Counted from the stretch's first letter, positions 1 to 11,238 are shown. The stretch: 44,609 nucleotides of DNA from Reclinomonas americana ATCC 50394 (GCA_048213135.1 PS015301.1:1-44609); one strand, 5' to 3'. Program-made: numbers and translations. Notes: generated by a model not told the origin, from the sequence alone.

Positions 1-36
1 CTCACACACGTCTCTCACTGTGCGTTTGTCGAGTAG

Positions 37-252
37 CAACTGAATCATGAGAACATTATCAACTTGTTGGACGTGTTTCGGCGCAAGGGCAAGCGGCACT
101 TGGTGTTTGAGCACGTGGATCGGTGCTTCTTGCAGGACCTCGAGGCCAACCCGGGAGGCATGGATTTGCACTACATCAAGAAGATGATGTATCAGCTGCT
201 GCGCGGCTTGGAGTATTGTCACTCGCAGAACATTATTCATCGCGACATCAAG
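37..252 (+). CDS. CDKL-family (CMGC) kinase, exon 3, on a contig that appears inverted
   Basis: TAG acceptor at 34-36, GT donor at 253. Encodes QLNHENIINLLDVFRRKGKRHLVFEHVD...LEYCHSQNIIHRDIK (kinase subdomains IV-VIb). Phase 0 continues exon 2, which lies on the minus strand at 994-1123. Confidence 0.9.
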
Positions 253-256
253 GTGG

Positions 257-347
257 GTGGAGAGTGAGGGGGAGAGGGAGAGGGAGGGAGGGAGGGAGCT
301 AGAGAGAGGGAGAGGGAGAGGGAGGGAGGGAGAGAGAGAGGGAGAGG
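257..347. repeat. Purine-rich (GGGA/GA)n simple repeat
   Basis: Nearly pure G/A tract, e.g. GGGAGAGGGAGAGGGAGGGAGGGAGGGAG, inside the intron after the CDKL exon. Confidence 0.9.
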
Positions 348-993
348 CACAGCCGTGGCCTTCTTTCGTGCGCACGTTCTCGATGTACCACGTCGCCTGT
401 GAACGCCGTTTTGTTGGACGAGNNNNNNNNNNNNNNNNNNNNNNNNNNNNNNNNNNNNNNNNNNNNNNNNNNNNNNNNNNNNNNNNNNNNNNNNNNNNNN
501 NNNNNNNNNNNNNNNNNNNNNNNNNNNNNNNNNNNNNNNNNNNNNNNNNNNNNNNNNNNNNNNNNNNNNNNNNNNNNNNNNNNNNNNNNNNNNNNNNNNN
601 NNNNNNNNNNNNNNNNNNNNNNNNNNNNNNNNNNNNNNNNNNNNNNNNNNNNNNNNNNNNNNNNNNNNNNNNNNNNNNNNNNNNNNNNNNNNNNNNNNNN
701 NNNNNNNNNNNNNNNNNNNNNNNNNNNNNNNNNNNNNNNNNNNNNNNNNNNNNNNNNNNNNNNNNNNNNNNNNNNNNNNNNNNNNNNNNNNNNNNNNNNN
801 NNNNNNNNNNNNNNNNNNNNNNNNNNNNNNNNNNNNNNNNNNNNNNNNNNNNNNNNNNNNNNNNNNNNNNNNNNNNNNNNNNNNNNNNNNNNNNNNNNNN
901 NNNNNNNNNNNNNNNNNNNNNNNNNNNNNNNNNNNNNNNNNNNNNNNNNNNNNNNCGAGAGAGAGTGTCAGTGTGTCACAGTGCGTTAGTTAC

Positions 994-1238
994 CTTGATG
1001 ATGCGTATCTCACGCAGAGCGGTCTTCTTGACTTGCTCGTCCTCGTCGCTCTCCATGAACTTTTTGATCGCCACCACATGCCCTGTCTCCTTGTCCTTGG
1101 CCTTGACCACCACGCCATATGTGCTACACACACGCACACAAAGAAGAGAGTGAGCGACACACACAGTGAGTGTGTGTGCGTGTGTGTGCGTGTGACTCAC
1201 CCTTTTCCCAGCACACCGAGCACCTCGTAGTGCTCCAT
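994..1238 (-). CDS. CDKL-family kinase, exons 1-2
   Basis: Exons 1238-1201 and 1123-994 join across a GT-AG intron to give [56 protein letters not shown]. The [14 protein letters not shown] alphaC motif is typical of CDKL kinases. Confidence 0.9.
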
Positions 1239-2235
1239 GTGTGTGGCGTGTGCGAGGCAGAGAGAAGAGTGCGCGTGTCTGAGTGAGTGTGTGAGTGTGT
1301 GCGTTGAGTGGACGGATCAACGGACGCGGCCAAATCATCGACATTGATTGTTGAGGTGAGCAGAGCACGCGTTTTTCATGTTTTCTCTCTCTCTCTTTTT
1401 GTTTATGTGCACCACTCTGTGTGCTGTTTACACACGCGCACACACGCTCATGTGCTCTCTGTGTGTCTCTCGCTTTGTACAACAAGTGTGTTCGATTGGC
1501 ATGCACACGTGCCGCGAGTGCCACTCTTTCTCTCTCTTTTGACACAGACACACTGTGCGTGTTGCACACCAGTCACTAGAGCAGTCTCTTGCGCACACAC
1601 TTGTACACACCACGCGTTGTGTGTGTGCGCGTGGCATGCACAGACCTCGTCCTTTTGCTTCAATGTGTGTGTGTCGTTTTTTTCATTTCATGCCCGTTGA
1701 GAGTGGATTTGATTTGTTGGCGATTGTGCGTGTGTGTGCGTCGTGTGTGCTGTGCACCAGTCAGTAGTGTGTCGTGTGCTCTACAAGATGGTGTGCGTTG
1801 TGTGCGCACTGTGTGTGTGCTCGTTGTGCTGGCCTCGTCCCAAGATTGAGTGTGTGTGTGTGTTGTCTGGGAAAATTGTGTATGATAGATTCGCACGCGC
1901 ACTTGTCTCTCTCTCTCTTCTCTCTCTCGCGCGCGCGCCCACTCTCCTGCTGTGTGTCTCTCTGTCAGCGTGTGCATGATGACTTGTCGCTCGTGTTGTC
2001 TTGCGTGGCATGCCCATCTCTCATCACTTGTCACCCCGCGCCTCACTCTTTCCCCCTCCTTCGTGTCACGAGATTCCCTCCTTTTATGTGAGCCAGAGAG
2101 TGTGTGTGTGTGTGTGCGTTTGGGTGGTTGTGAATGTGCACTGATTTGCATTTTTTCATGTGTGCTTTTTCGTTTGACCACAATGTGCAGCAGTCGGCTT
2201 TTTTTCCCAACACCCCATTCCCCCTGTGACAAATC

Positions 2236-3660
2236 ATGGAGCTTCGTGTCGGAAACAAGTACCGACTCGGCCGCAAGATCGGCTCGGGATCCTTTGGTGA
2301 AATCTGTTGCGTCTCTCTCTCTCTCTCTCTCTTTACTGCTTTCTTTGGTCGCCTGCCTCTCACGCTCTGTGTGTGCGCGCGTGCAGACCAAGGCACCAAC
2401 ATTCAGAGCGGCGAGCCCGTGGCTATCAAGCTGGAGCCCGTCAAGACACGGCACCCACAGCTGCTGTACGAGTCGCGTCTGTACAAGATTTTGGGCAGCG
2501 GTGGCGGAGGTGAGACGACTCTCTTTCTCTCTCTTTTCCGTGGCTTGATATTCTTCCCGTCGCTCACCCACTTGTTCTTCCTCTAGCTGTCGGCATTCCG
2601 ACGGTCAAGTGGTACGGTGTGGAGGGCGACTACAATGTGATGGTGCTGGATCTGCTGGGCCCGTCGCTGGAGGACCTCTTCACCTTCTGCTCGCGCAAGT
2701 TCTCGCTGAAGACGGTGCTGATGCTGGCCGACCAGATGATTTCGCGTGTGGAGTACGTGCACGCCAAGAACTTTATTCACCGCGATATCAAGCCGGACAA
2801 TTTCCTGATGGGCACCGGCAAGAAGGGCCACCACGTGTACACGATTGATTTTGGACTGGCCAAGAAGTACCGTGACCCCAAGACACACCAGCACATCCCC
2901 TACAAGGAGAACAAGGCCCTGACTGGCACCGCCCGCTACGCCAGCATCAACACACACTTGGGCATTGGTGCGTTATTTTTTTACGTTTTTTTGATTGCTC
3001 TCCCTTGTCGGTCGTCGTCTCATTTGTGGTGTGTCGCACAGAGCAAAGCCGTCGTGACGACTTGGAGAGTCTTGGACACGTGCTGTTGTACTTTTGCCGC
3101 GGCTCGCTGCCATGGCAAGGGCTGAAGGGCGCGACCAAGAAGCAAAAGTACGAGAAGATCAGCGAGAAGAAGATCTCCACACCGGTCGAGGCCCTGTGCA
3201 AGGGCTGCCCCTCCGAGTTCGCCACCTACATGAACTACACGCGCGCACTGCGATTCGAGGACAAGCCCGACTACCAGTACGTGCGCAAGCTCTTCCGCGA
3301 TCTGTTTGTCCGCGAGGGCTACCAGATGGATTATGTTGCGTCTTTTGTTGGTCAATGCAAAAGTGCGTATGCGTGTTTGTGGTGTCTCACCCGCAGTCTT
3401 CTTTTTGTATATACGCATAACAGGTGTTTGACTGGACCATTAAGCGAATTGTTGCGTCTGTCTCGTGTGCCCTGCTCGACTTGCTTCAGGAGAAATGACT
3501 GACTTTCCTTGCCTTCTTCTTCCTTCTCCCGTCGCAGCAAGAGAGCATTCAGGCCGAGCGACCACTGCGCGTGGCCGAGGCTGGTGGCGATGGCAAGAAC
3601 GAGGGCACGAGTGGCGCAGCTGCCGCCGCCGCTGCCGACGAAGAAAGGGCCGCGGAATAA
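2236..3660 (+). CDS. CK1: Casein kinase 1 (delta/epsilon-like), 6 exons
   Basis: Exons 2236-2305, 2387-2509, 2587-2967, 3042-3334, 3424-3450 and 3538-3660. Motifs [74 protein letters not shown] and DYVFDW are present. Short acidic tail, TAA stop. Confidence 0.97.
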
Positions 3661-3907
3661 GCGGTGCTGCGTTTGGCGGTGGAAACGAAAGAAAAAAGAA
3701 AAGGTTTTGTGTCCGGGTCATCATCAGCAACCTCAATGGCACGACGACGGGGGAAGGGCAAAAAGGAAAAAGAAGAAAGTGAAGCAATGTGTGAAACGTG
3801 TACGTAAAAAACAAACAAATCAAGAACCTGTCCTTCATCGCAGCGAGCGGTCCCGGCAATCATCGAGTCGCGCAACAATCTGCGCCAGAGTGTGTGTGTG
3901 ACCAGGC

Positions 3908-6900
3908 ATGCTCTCTAGTGGCAGCCGCCACGGTGGCGGTGGCGGCGGTGGAGGACTCAGCGGCAGCGGAAAGATGCCTCTCTTCACGCCATCCAACGGT
4001 TCTCATGCCCACCACCACAGAGGACCGGGCCACGCCACCAACACCACCACCACCACAACCACCACCACGACCACAACACCAGCAGCAGCACGGCCCAAAG
4101 GCACAACATCATCCTCTTCCTCCTCCTCCTCATCATCGTCATCATCAGCAGTGTCATTCACAATCACTCATGCCATCACGGCGTGGACAGCGCGCGCCCA
4201 CTGCAACGATGCCTCGCGCACTCCTGTCTTTGTCACACACTGTGTGTGTCCACCGCGACCACCAGCGGCAGCGTCGCCTTCGCGACGGCACCGCATTCCT
4301 GCTCCGCCACCAGTCGCCAGCAGCAGCAGCAGCAGCGCGTTGAGCCCTGCGGCTCGCGCCGAGGCCCTGGTGTTTTGCCACACGAGGCGACTGATCTTTG
4401 CACACGATGTGGCACTGGAAAGGTGCGTGTGTGAAGCTCGTGTGCGATGATCCTGCTGATGTGGCTGGCTGATCATGATAAATAATACGCAGGCAACCCG
4501 ACGAATCATGCACCGTCACCGTGGTGGAGCTGACACGGTCCACCGACCTGCGTGATTTGCTGGTGCAGTTCCGCGCGCGAATGCCCGGTGGTTTACCGTC
4601 CGAGTTGGCGTTTTCCACGTTGCAGGCGTCTCTGGCGGCGTTGCATGCACTGCATTCGCTGGGTGAATCGTACTGTGCCGGTGGTCCGCGGTCGGTGCTG
4701 ACGCCACGCTGTGTGGTGCTCTCGGATCAGGCAGGTATGCCGCAGCCGCGTGTGTTATTGCGGCCGTTCTGGCTGCAGGAGAGCACGCTGCCGGCCTCGT
4801 ATACGCACGTGCCGGAGGAGGAGATTGATGACTCGTTTGTGGCCCCGGAGCTCGATCGTGGCCCGCTTTGTGACACGCAGGCGGCCGACATGTTTTCCTT
4901 TGGCTGTTTGGTGATGACGGTGCTGCGTGGTGCGGAGTGGTGGCGGCTGCAGCACGAAGCGCTGCAGTCGGGCACTGCGTCCTCGCCCGTCGATCTGGTA
5001 CCTGGCTTGTCGTCGATGGCATGCAGAACACTGCGTGCCCTGTTGAGCTCCGACGCCAGCCGGAGACCACGAAGCACCGACCTCATGTACTCGTCGCCAC
5101 TGTTTTCCTCCCTGGTGGGTTTGCATTGTCACTCTGCCTCCTCGCATGTGGTGCTGAAAACATTGTTCACAGGAGGAGTTCGAGGCGCACTTTATCGGGC
5201 CCGAGAGTGTCGACAGTGACCGCGCTCCGTCATTGGACCCGCTGTTGAGCACTGCAGAGGCGATTCTCGGTGAGCCGCCAACGCTGTTCGACCAGGCGAC
5301 GAGGGAGGAGGAGGACGATGACGAACGAGTGGCAGATCGGCAGGCGAGTGTGGACGACGACGAAGACGATGGCTACGGTGGCGACGACGATGACTTGCTG
5401 CGCGAGTCGCTCCGACTGGCCGAGTTCCTCGCCGATCCGGCACACTCACCGTCACGGCTCCGTGGATCGCCATCACTAGCGAAGCGCACGACACCATTGC
5501 CTCCACCGCCGCCGCCACCACCTCCTCCACCACCACTGGTGTCGAACGATGTGGCGAGTGAGTCGAGCAGTATGAGCCACAGTTCAACTGCTGGCGAGCA
5601 TCCGTCGCTGCTCGAAGACGGCAACGCAGTGCTTGTGTGCATCGACGAGTTTCGTGAGCCTCACTCTCTTGTGCGCTGGATGCGTTTGATTTTCCCTCAC
5701 CCCGTCACGTGGCGTGTAGTGTGGTGTTGGAGAATGGCCGTGAGGGTCCGTGCGACCTGCTGGTGGACGTACGCTGGGGTCACGTGCGAGCCACACATCG
5801 AGTGCCGACGAGGTTCCGCCATGTCGATTCGGGGAGCCGCAAGCAGCGTTCGTTGTTGAGTACGTGGCCTCCGCTGTCACTCTCCACTCGCTTCGCCGGC
5901 AGCTCGCAGTCGCTGCTGCAGTTGTGCGCCACGAAATCCCTGTACATTTCCATTACCCTGTTGGACGCAACCACGACAGCGACGATCAACCACGATGACA
6001 TACCTCTCGGCACCGCGCACATTCGCCTGTCGGCGCTCACGGCAGACCGGCCAGAGACAGTGACTGACACCACTGATCTTGTATACATGGGCGATGTTCC
6101 CGGTGAGTGTGTGACGGAGAGGAGAGAGTTTGTCACGAGCGAGTGTGTTGACTGAAAAAATATCACTGCACAGGAACCATTCTCACCAGCGTGCACTTGC
6201 TGCGACCGCTGACTGCCACTCGTGTTGCGTCCTCGCCAGCAAACACACCATTAATGTCGGAGACGACTCCAGCAGTGGGATCACCACCACCGACCGACAG
6301 CAAGTCGGGCAGCCCGATGGATCCACAGACGCAAGAGCTGCTTTCGGCCAGTCGATCGCGTCTGAACGCCATCTTTGGCTCACTCGACGACCTGCTGGGT
6401 CGGTTGCGCGGCGACAGCGAGACGGGTGAGGAGGGCAGAGTGGGCTCGCCGAAATCGCCGCCAGTGACGCGCGGTGTGGACACCAGTGAGCAGCTGGCCG
6501 CACGGAGACCGCCTCCGTCTCCCCGACTGGAGGATCTGGCGATCGTGGACGCTGATGCCGTGGATGAGGCAGAGCCCAGATGGTCAGCGTCTGCGCATGT
6601 TGATGGTGTTGGTGCTGCTGCTGCTGCTGCTGCAGGGGATCGATCACGGCTATGGAGGTCACAGCCATCTCCGTTGTTCTCTGCCGACGCTCCCACCTCA
6701 TTATCGGTCTGCGTTTGAGTGATTGTGTATTCATTGTGGTGTCTGGCGCTGATGATGATGCTGTTGCTGCGCCACCAGTCGTCGTTGCACGCGCCGCGTG
6801 ATCCGCACTCGGCAGCCCGGGAACGAGAACGCCACTTGCTCCGGCAGTGGCATCTCGCCGAGCAGCAACAGCAACAGCAACAGCATGAACACATGCTGTA

Positions 6901-7640
6901 TGACTTGTCCGACGCTGCGCCCTCTGAGGCATTCCGTGCGCGCCTGGAGCACGCCGTGGCATCACCACAGCTCCGCCGCTACGAAACCACCGAGCGACGA
7001 CCCGGTCATCGCCGAGACTCGTACGCACGTGACCTGTCGGATGACGCAGACCGGAGAACCGACAGTGACGACATTTATGCGGCCAGTGAGAAACTCGAGG
7101 CGCTGCTGCTGCATCATCGCCACAGCCGAGGTAGGCAGTTGTGCGGTGTCGCAGCGCGCGGCAATCTCTGTTGATTCAATGTTCTCTTTGTTGTTTTTTT
7201 GCCCAGCCTCCAGCGACGATCCAGTATCGACGCTGCTTCCTGCCCTCAGTCCACATCACGACAGCTCCCTCTCCTCTTCATCTCCCTCGTCATCGTCCTC
7301 CCCTGCATCATCGTCTCCCGCACCACCACCGGCATTGACAATGTCCAGTCGCATGTCGCTGTCGCCGGCGGAGTTGGTGGCCAGAACGCAGCGGCACGGC
7401 GGCGAAGCGTGGAGCTCGTCGCTGCAGCACAGCTTTGCACGCAACAGTGTCGGAACACTGAGTTCGTCGCGTGTACAACCACCTCTGTCGTCGCTGTCGA
7501 CACCGGCACTTCGTCGGCAGCAGTCGCCGCCCGCAACTTCTGTTGTTCATCATGCGCTGCCGGAGCGCGGTCGCTGGTCCGCTCACAGCAGGTATGCGCC
7601 TCCTGCACTGCGAATAGCGGCGAGAAGACGCCCCTACTAA
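3908..7640 (+). CDS. Pseudokinase-like domain, C2-like domain and long disordered regions; multi-exon
   Basis: Frame-compatible introns start near 4423, 5115, 5649, 6103, 6707 and 7131. Kinase C-lobe motifs SFVAPEL, QAADMFSFGCLVM and LLSSDASRRP are present, but HRD and DFG are not. The C2-like segment reads VLVCIDDVVL...LYISITLLD...DIPLGTAHIRLSAL...GTILTSVHL. TAA stop at 7638-7640. Confidence 0.7.
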
Positions 7641-7784
7641 GAAAACATACTTGCTCCGCAGTGCCAGAGGCGACACCGAGTCCGTTTCCTCGCGAACCGC
7701 AAGACAGCGCGCGTGGCAGAGATGAAAAAAAAGAACACGAGTGAAAAAAACAATACCGCAGACGCGCATTATATTACGAGTGGA

Positions 7785-8819
7785 TTACACGACTCCCAGG
7801 GGGCGCGCACCGGCCCCGTTGGGCAGGTACTTGCTTCCGGAGTCCAGCAGAGTGCGCACGTCGTCACCGAGCACAATCTCCTGCTTGGTGGCATAACTAC
7901 GTGCGCGTGCCTCCAGCTGCGCCTTCAGAGGCTGCGCATTGTCGCCGCGTAAGTCGGCATATAGATAGTTGACCGTGTAGCCCAGCGAGCGTTTCATGCC
8001 CTCGTACGACGCGTCGCCGTCGGGATTGACACGCGCAAACATTGCTCCGTTGCCCAAGTGGAAGTTGGCCACCGGGTTCACAGCCCGACCGCGGTCGTCG
8101 CGGAGTCGGCCAACATACCAGGCACACCACGCGTTGAGTTGCTCCCGCACGGTCTCCATCTCCATGAAGCGCACGCCGCCCCTCATATTCTTCCACTCCA
8201 CCGCCAGTCGGCGCAAACGCAGCGGAACCATGTTGGATTCGCCGAGCCACTCGCGGAATCCCGGCACAGGCGACAGCGTGGAGAAGACGCGCACCTGCGA
8301 GGTACTCGGCTCCGACAGGATCGCCGACAGCGCACCGTGAATGAGCATGGGCCCGACATTGAGACCGGCCAGCGCAGGATCGGTGACCACCGCATACATC
8401 ATGCCGTGCGTCAGTGGCTCCTTGTTGCCTGCCACAGCAGCTGCTGCAGCGACATCATGGTGCGACAGCAGAGCGCGCACGCTCGGCGCCAGCGACGGGG
8501 TGAAAGCGACGCAGAGAACGCCGAGTGGCGTCTCCGGCCCGACCAAGTCGTGCGTCAACACAAACACTCGTCGATGCTCACTGGGCTCCATGCGCCACCG
8601 CGCCTGCTCCCGTGTGTACACCGGGTACAGCGTGTCGAGGTCGCCCACCGCACGCTGCGCCAGTGCGGTCATGGCGGGTGACGATGACGATGAGACCTTC
8701 CATGCGGGTGTGGAGGGCGCGAGATGCACACGCAGTGCGGTGAGAATCGCGCCCGAAGTCGCTGCATCGCAGCCACTGGGATTCCGTCGCATGGCCAGCA
8801 CCGTGCGCAGCGACTGCAT
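7785..8819 (-). CDS. MLYCD: Malonyl-CoA decarboxylase-like protein, intronless, about 344 aa
   Basis: Motifs FSTLSPVPGFREWL, NPVANFHLGNGA, RVN..GD.S.EG.KRS.G..VNYLY and GLNVGPMLI match the MCD catalytic domain. The Arg-containing, acid-free N-terminus (MQSLRTVLAMRR) resembles a mitochondrial targeting peptide. Confidence 0.88.
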   Translation of the reverse strand: MQSLRTVLAMRRNPSGCDAATSGAILTALRVHLAPSTPAWKVSSSSSPAMTALAQRAVGDLDTLYPVYTREQARWRMEPSEHRRVFVLTHDLVGPETPLGVLCVAFTPSLAPSVRALLSHHDVAAAAAVAGNKEPLTHGMMYAVVTDPALAGLNVGPMLIHGALSAILSEPSTSQVRVFSTLSPVPGFREWLGESNMVPLRLRRLAVEWKNMRGGVRFMEMETVREQLNAWCAWYVGRLRDDRGRAVNPVANFHLGNGAMFARVNPDGDASYEGMKRSLGYTVNYLYADLRGDNAQPLKAQLEARARSYATKQEIVLGDDVRTLLDSGSKYLPNGAGARPLGVV

Positions 8820-9073
8820 GAGCGCGCGCGTGTGTGTGTGTGTGTGTGAGAAGAGAAGAGGCAGAGTATTGGAACGCATGGCGTGTGTGCATGCGTGCTG
8901 CGCACCTCGCCTCCAGCAGCCACCTGCTGTGCTATTGTGCTGGACGAGGAGAGCGCCGACCACCATGCGCGGGTGGAGCGCACTACTCGCACCACCATCC
9001 GTCTACAGATGAATCGCCGGGACGACGGAGGACACTGCGTGCACACAACTCGCAACATGATTCATTGCCAGTT

Positions 9074-9707
9074 CTATCTCGATGGAGGTCTCAGTGGGGA
9101 CGCGGAGCTCCGGGCGGCAGTCGCCACTGGCGTGGGTATCGATGGTGAGCCGGCGCCGTTCGACAACGGAGACGGGGCCGAAGAGTACTCCGCAGTCGGT
9201 GGCGACACCGACTGGGTGATTAGGGATGCGGCAGTGGTTGCCGAGGAACTAGTGCGATGAAATGAACTGCTGGTGGATCTGGCCATCGAAGCCGCCGACA
9301 TCGTCGCCGACGCCGACGCCGCTCCTGCTGCTGCTGGGTGCCTCTCTGGGCTCCAGTCATCGGCAACGAGGTCGTCGTCTCCGCCGACAAGATCATCATC
9401 NNNNNNNNNNNNNNNNNNNNNNNNNNNNNNNNNNNNNNNNNNNNNNNAGTGACGCCGGCGACGCAGACATCGTCGTTCTACCACCAGCGGATGAGGCTGC
9501 TCCAGCGGCGGCTACTGCTGCTGCTGCCGCTGCTGCTGCCGCCGATGGGGACGATGACGACGATGACGACGAGGACGAAGAAGAAGAGGATGAAGACACT
9601 GGAGATGCGTGACGCGACGACGACGATGGCGACTGGGAGGAGCCAGGCGAGGTAGGCTGAGGCGGCATCAACGCCGTCGACGCCGACGCGGCACTCAGAC
9701 CGCGCGT
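9074..9707 (-). CDS. Ser/Ala/Pro-rich low-complexity hypothetical protein, probably a terminal exon, interrupted by an N gap
   Basis: Open minus-strand frames lie on both sides of the gap, with a polypyrimidine/CAG acceptor at 9708-9710 and a TAG stop at 9074-9076. The plus-strand frame has repeated TGA stops. No recognisable domain; upstream exons not identified. Confidence 0.45.
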
Positions 9708-10684
9708 CTGCAACAACGAAACACAACAAGAGAGAAGAAGATTAGACTGTGAATGTGAGCAACGCGGTCACGCAGATTCTCTCTCATGTGCACAGAGACA
9801 CCCACACACCCACACACACACCCACACAGGAGGGGAGGAGGAGGGGCCGCCACCAATGAAACACCATTGGAGTCACAAAATAAGCAAGAATGCAATCACC
9901 GCAGCGCGACGGCGGCGATACCACACACGCAATTGCGCAATGTACACACGCAGAGACGGTGGAAGATGAGAGTGAGAGAGAAAGAGTGAGAGGGAGAGAG
10001 AAGAAAGAGTGTCGCGATGTGTGTGAGAACGACGCAAACAGTCAAAGAAAGTAAAACCGCGTCAACCCACTCTCCCTCATACACGCACACACGCACACGT
10101 GCAGATAACTCCGTTCTGCAGTGTGCGGCTGCACAACACACACGCAAGAAGGGGAGACCAGGAAAGTGTGACGCAACGACATCCGCCATACGGTAAGCCG
10201 CACACGCAGAGAGATGCGATCACACACGCTCTCTGAGTGTGTGTGGAGTCCACACCGCACACGCGCTCGCACTCGGCCCGTGGACACACACGCACTTTGC
10301 CTGGGGTGCGTGCCTCTCTCTTTGCGCGCGAGCGGCAAACGCAGATCCTGTGATGATGCGCGGCGAATCCTCCTAAAATGGGATACCGGCCGAAATAATC
10401 TCTGCAGCAGCGGCCCCCAGGTCGCCCTGGTGCAGGCGTGGAGGGTGGTAGGTGAGCCGGAGAGGTCCGCTGCAAGGGGTTGTGTGGTCAGCGGAAGGCT
10501 GTGGCCAGCAACTGCGAGGAATATTCCTATCCTGAAAAGCGAAAAGCCATATATTGCGACGTACCCGTTCCGCTCGTACTCCAACAAAGTTGCTGCGAGG
10601 AAGGGGGGGAGTGTGGAGGTAAAACCAGCGACAAAGGTGGCGGCGTCCGATTAGAGAGATACAGCGACGCTAATCATTAATTGG

Positions 10685-10847
10685 TGTTTGTACGACGTCG
10701 ACGTCTTACTTGCAGTTGCAACTAAATTCGAAATGGGCCTCGGTGAACGGCACTGCCGCCGCCGCTGTACGTGTCGCGTTTTGCTTCAAGCTCGGATGCA
10801 GCGCGCTCGAATTCTTGACCCGCGCGCGCGACGTCGACGTTCATGCA
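10685..10847. mobile_element. Candidate MITE-like element, 163 bp
   Basis: Flanked by a perfect 9-bp direct repeat ATTAATTGG (10676-10684 and 10848-10856). Ends are TG...CA. Subterminal inverted repeats contain ACGTCGACGTC (10695-10705) and GACGTCGACGT (10830-10840). Confidence 0.4.
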
Positions 10848-10980
10848 ATTAATTGGCCACCCTTTTCCCACACACTGTCTCTTGTCAAGGTGAATGAGGA
10901 GAAGAAGAAGGAGGAAGGCCATACATAATCATTGCACTCCTTGTTTCCGTTTCCACGGGCAAAAAAAAACAAAAAGAGAA

Positions 10981-11053
10981 TGCCTCCATTGAGATTTGAA
11001 CTCAAGACCTCAACATTACTAGTGTTGCGCTCTACCAACTGAGCTATAGAGGC
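10981..11053 (-). tRNA. tRNA-Thr(AGT)
   Basis: GCCTCTATAGCTCAGTTGGTAGAGCG-CAACA-CT-AGT-AA-TGTTG-AGGTC-TTGAG-TTCAAAT-CTCAA-TGGAGGC-A folds into a 73-nt cloverleaf, followed by an oligo-T Pol III terminator. Confidence 0.97.
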
Positions 11054-11238
11054 GTTCACATTTGTCAGCCGCAACCGACATTCGCAGCCCCTGCTCTCCC
11101 GTGAGGCAACTCCAGCGACGGGCGCAGTAGCCACAGGAGCAGAGAGGCTCTTTGGCATGCCATGCACATTCTTCCTTGTGTTTACTCCTCCGTCATTCAA
11201 CAGGAAAGAAATTTCTTAAAAAAACATTCGACGGTCGA

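Noticed and set aside
1240-2235. Many overlapping Cys/Val/His/Thr-rich ORFs in the ORF track
   Set aside because: They are translations of (GT)n/(CA)n/(CT)n microsatellite-rich intergenic or UTR DNA between CDKL and CK1.
2306-3537. U12-type (minor spliceosome) identity for the atypical donors
   Set aside because: They lack the RTATCCTT donor and TCCTTAAC branch consensus. Branch-like sites are CTCAC/CTGAC/CTAAY, as in the other introns.
8883-9720. Plus-strand acidic ORF with several in-frame TGA codons, suggesting readthrough or recoding
   Set aside because: It is the antisense shadow of an open Ser/Ala-rich minus-strand frame (TCA/TCG Ser codons). Conserved genes here use TGG for Trp and need no recoding.
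10410-10575. Loose resemblance to SRP helix 8, group II intron domain V or a telomerase template
   Set aside because: The required conserved loops and pairings are missing; only fragmentary word matches are present.
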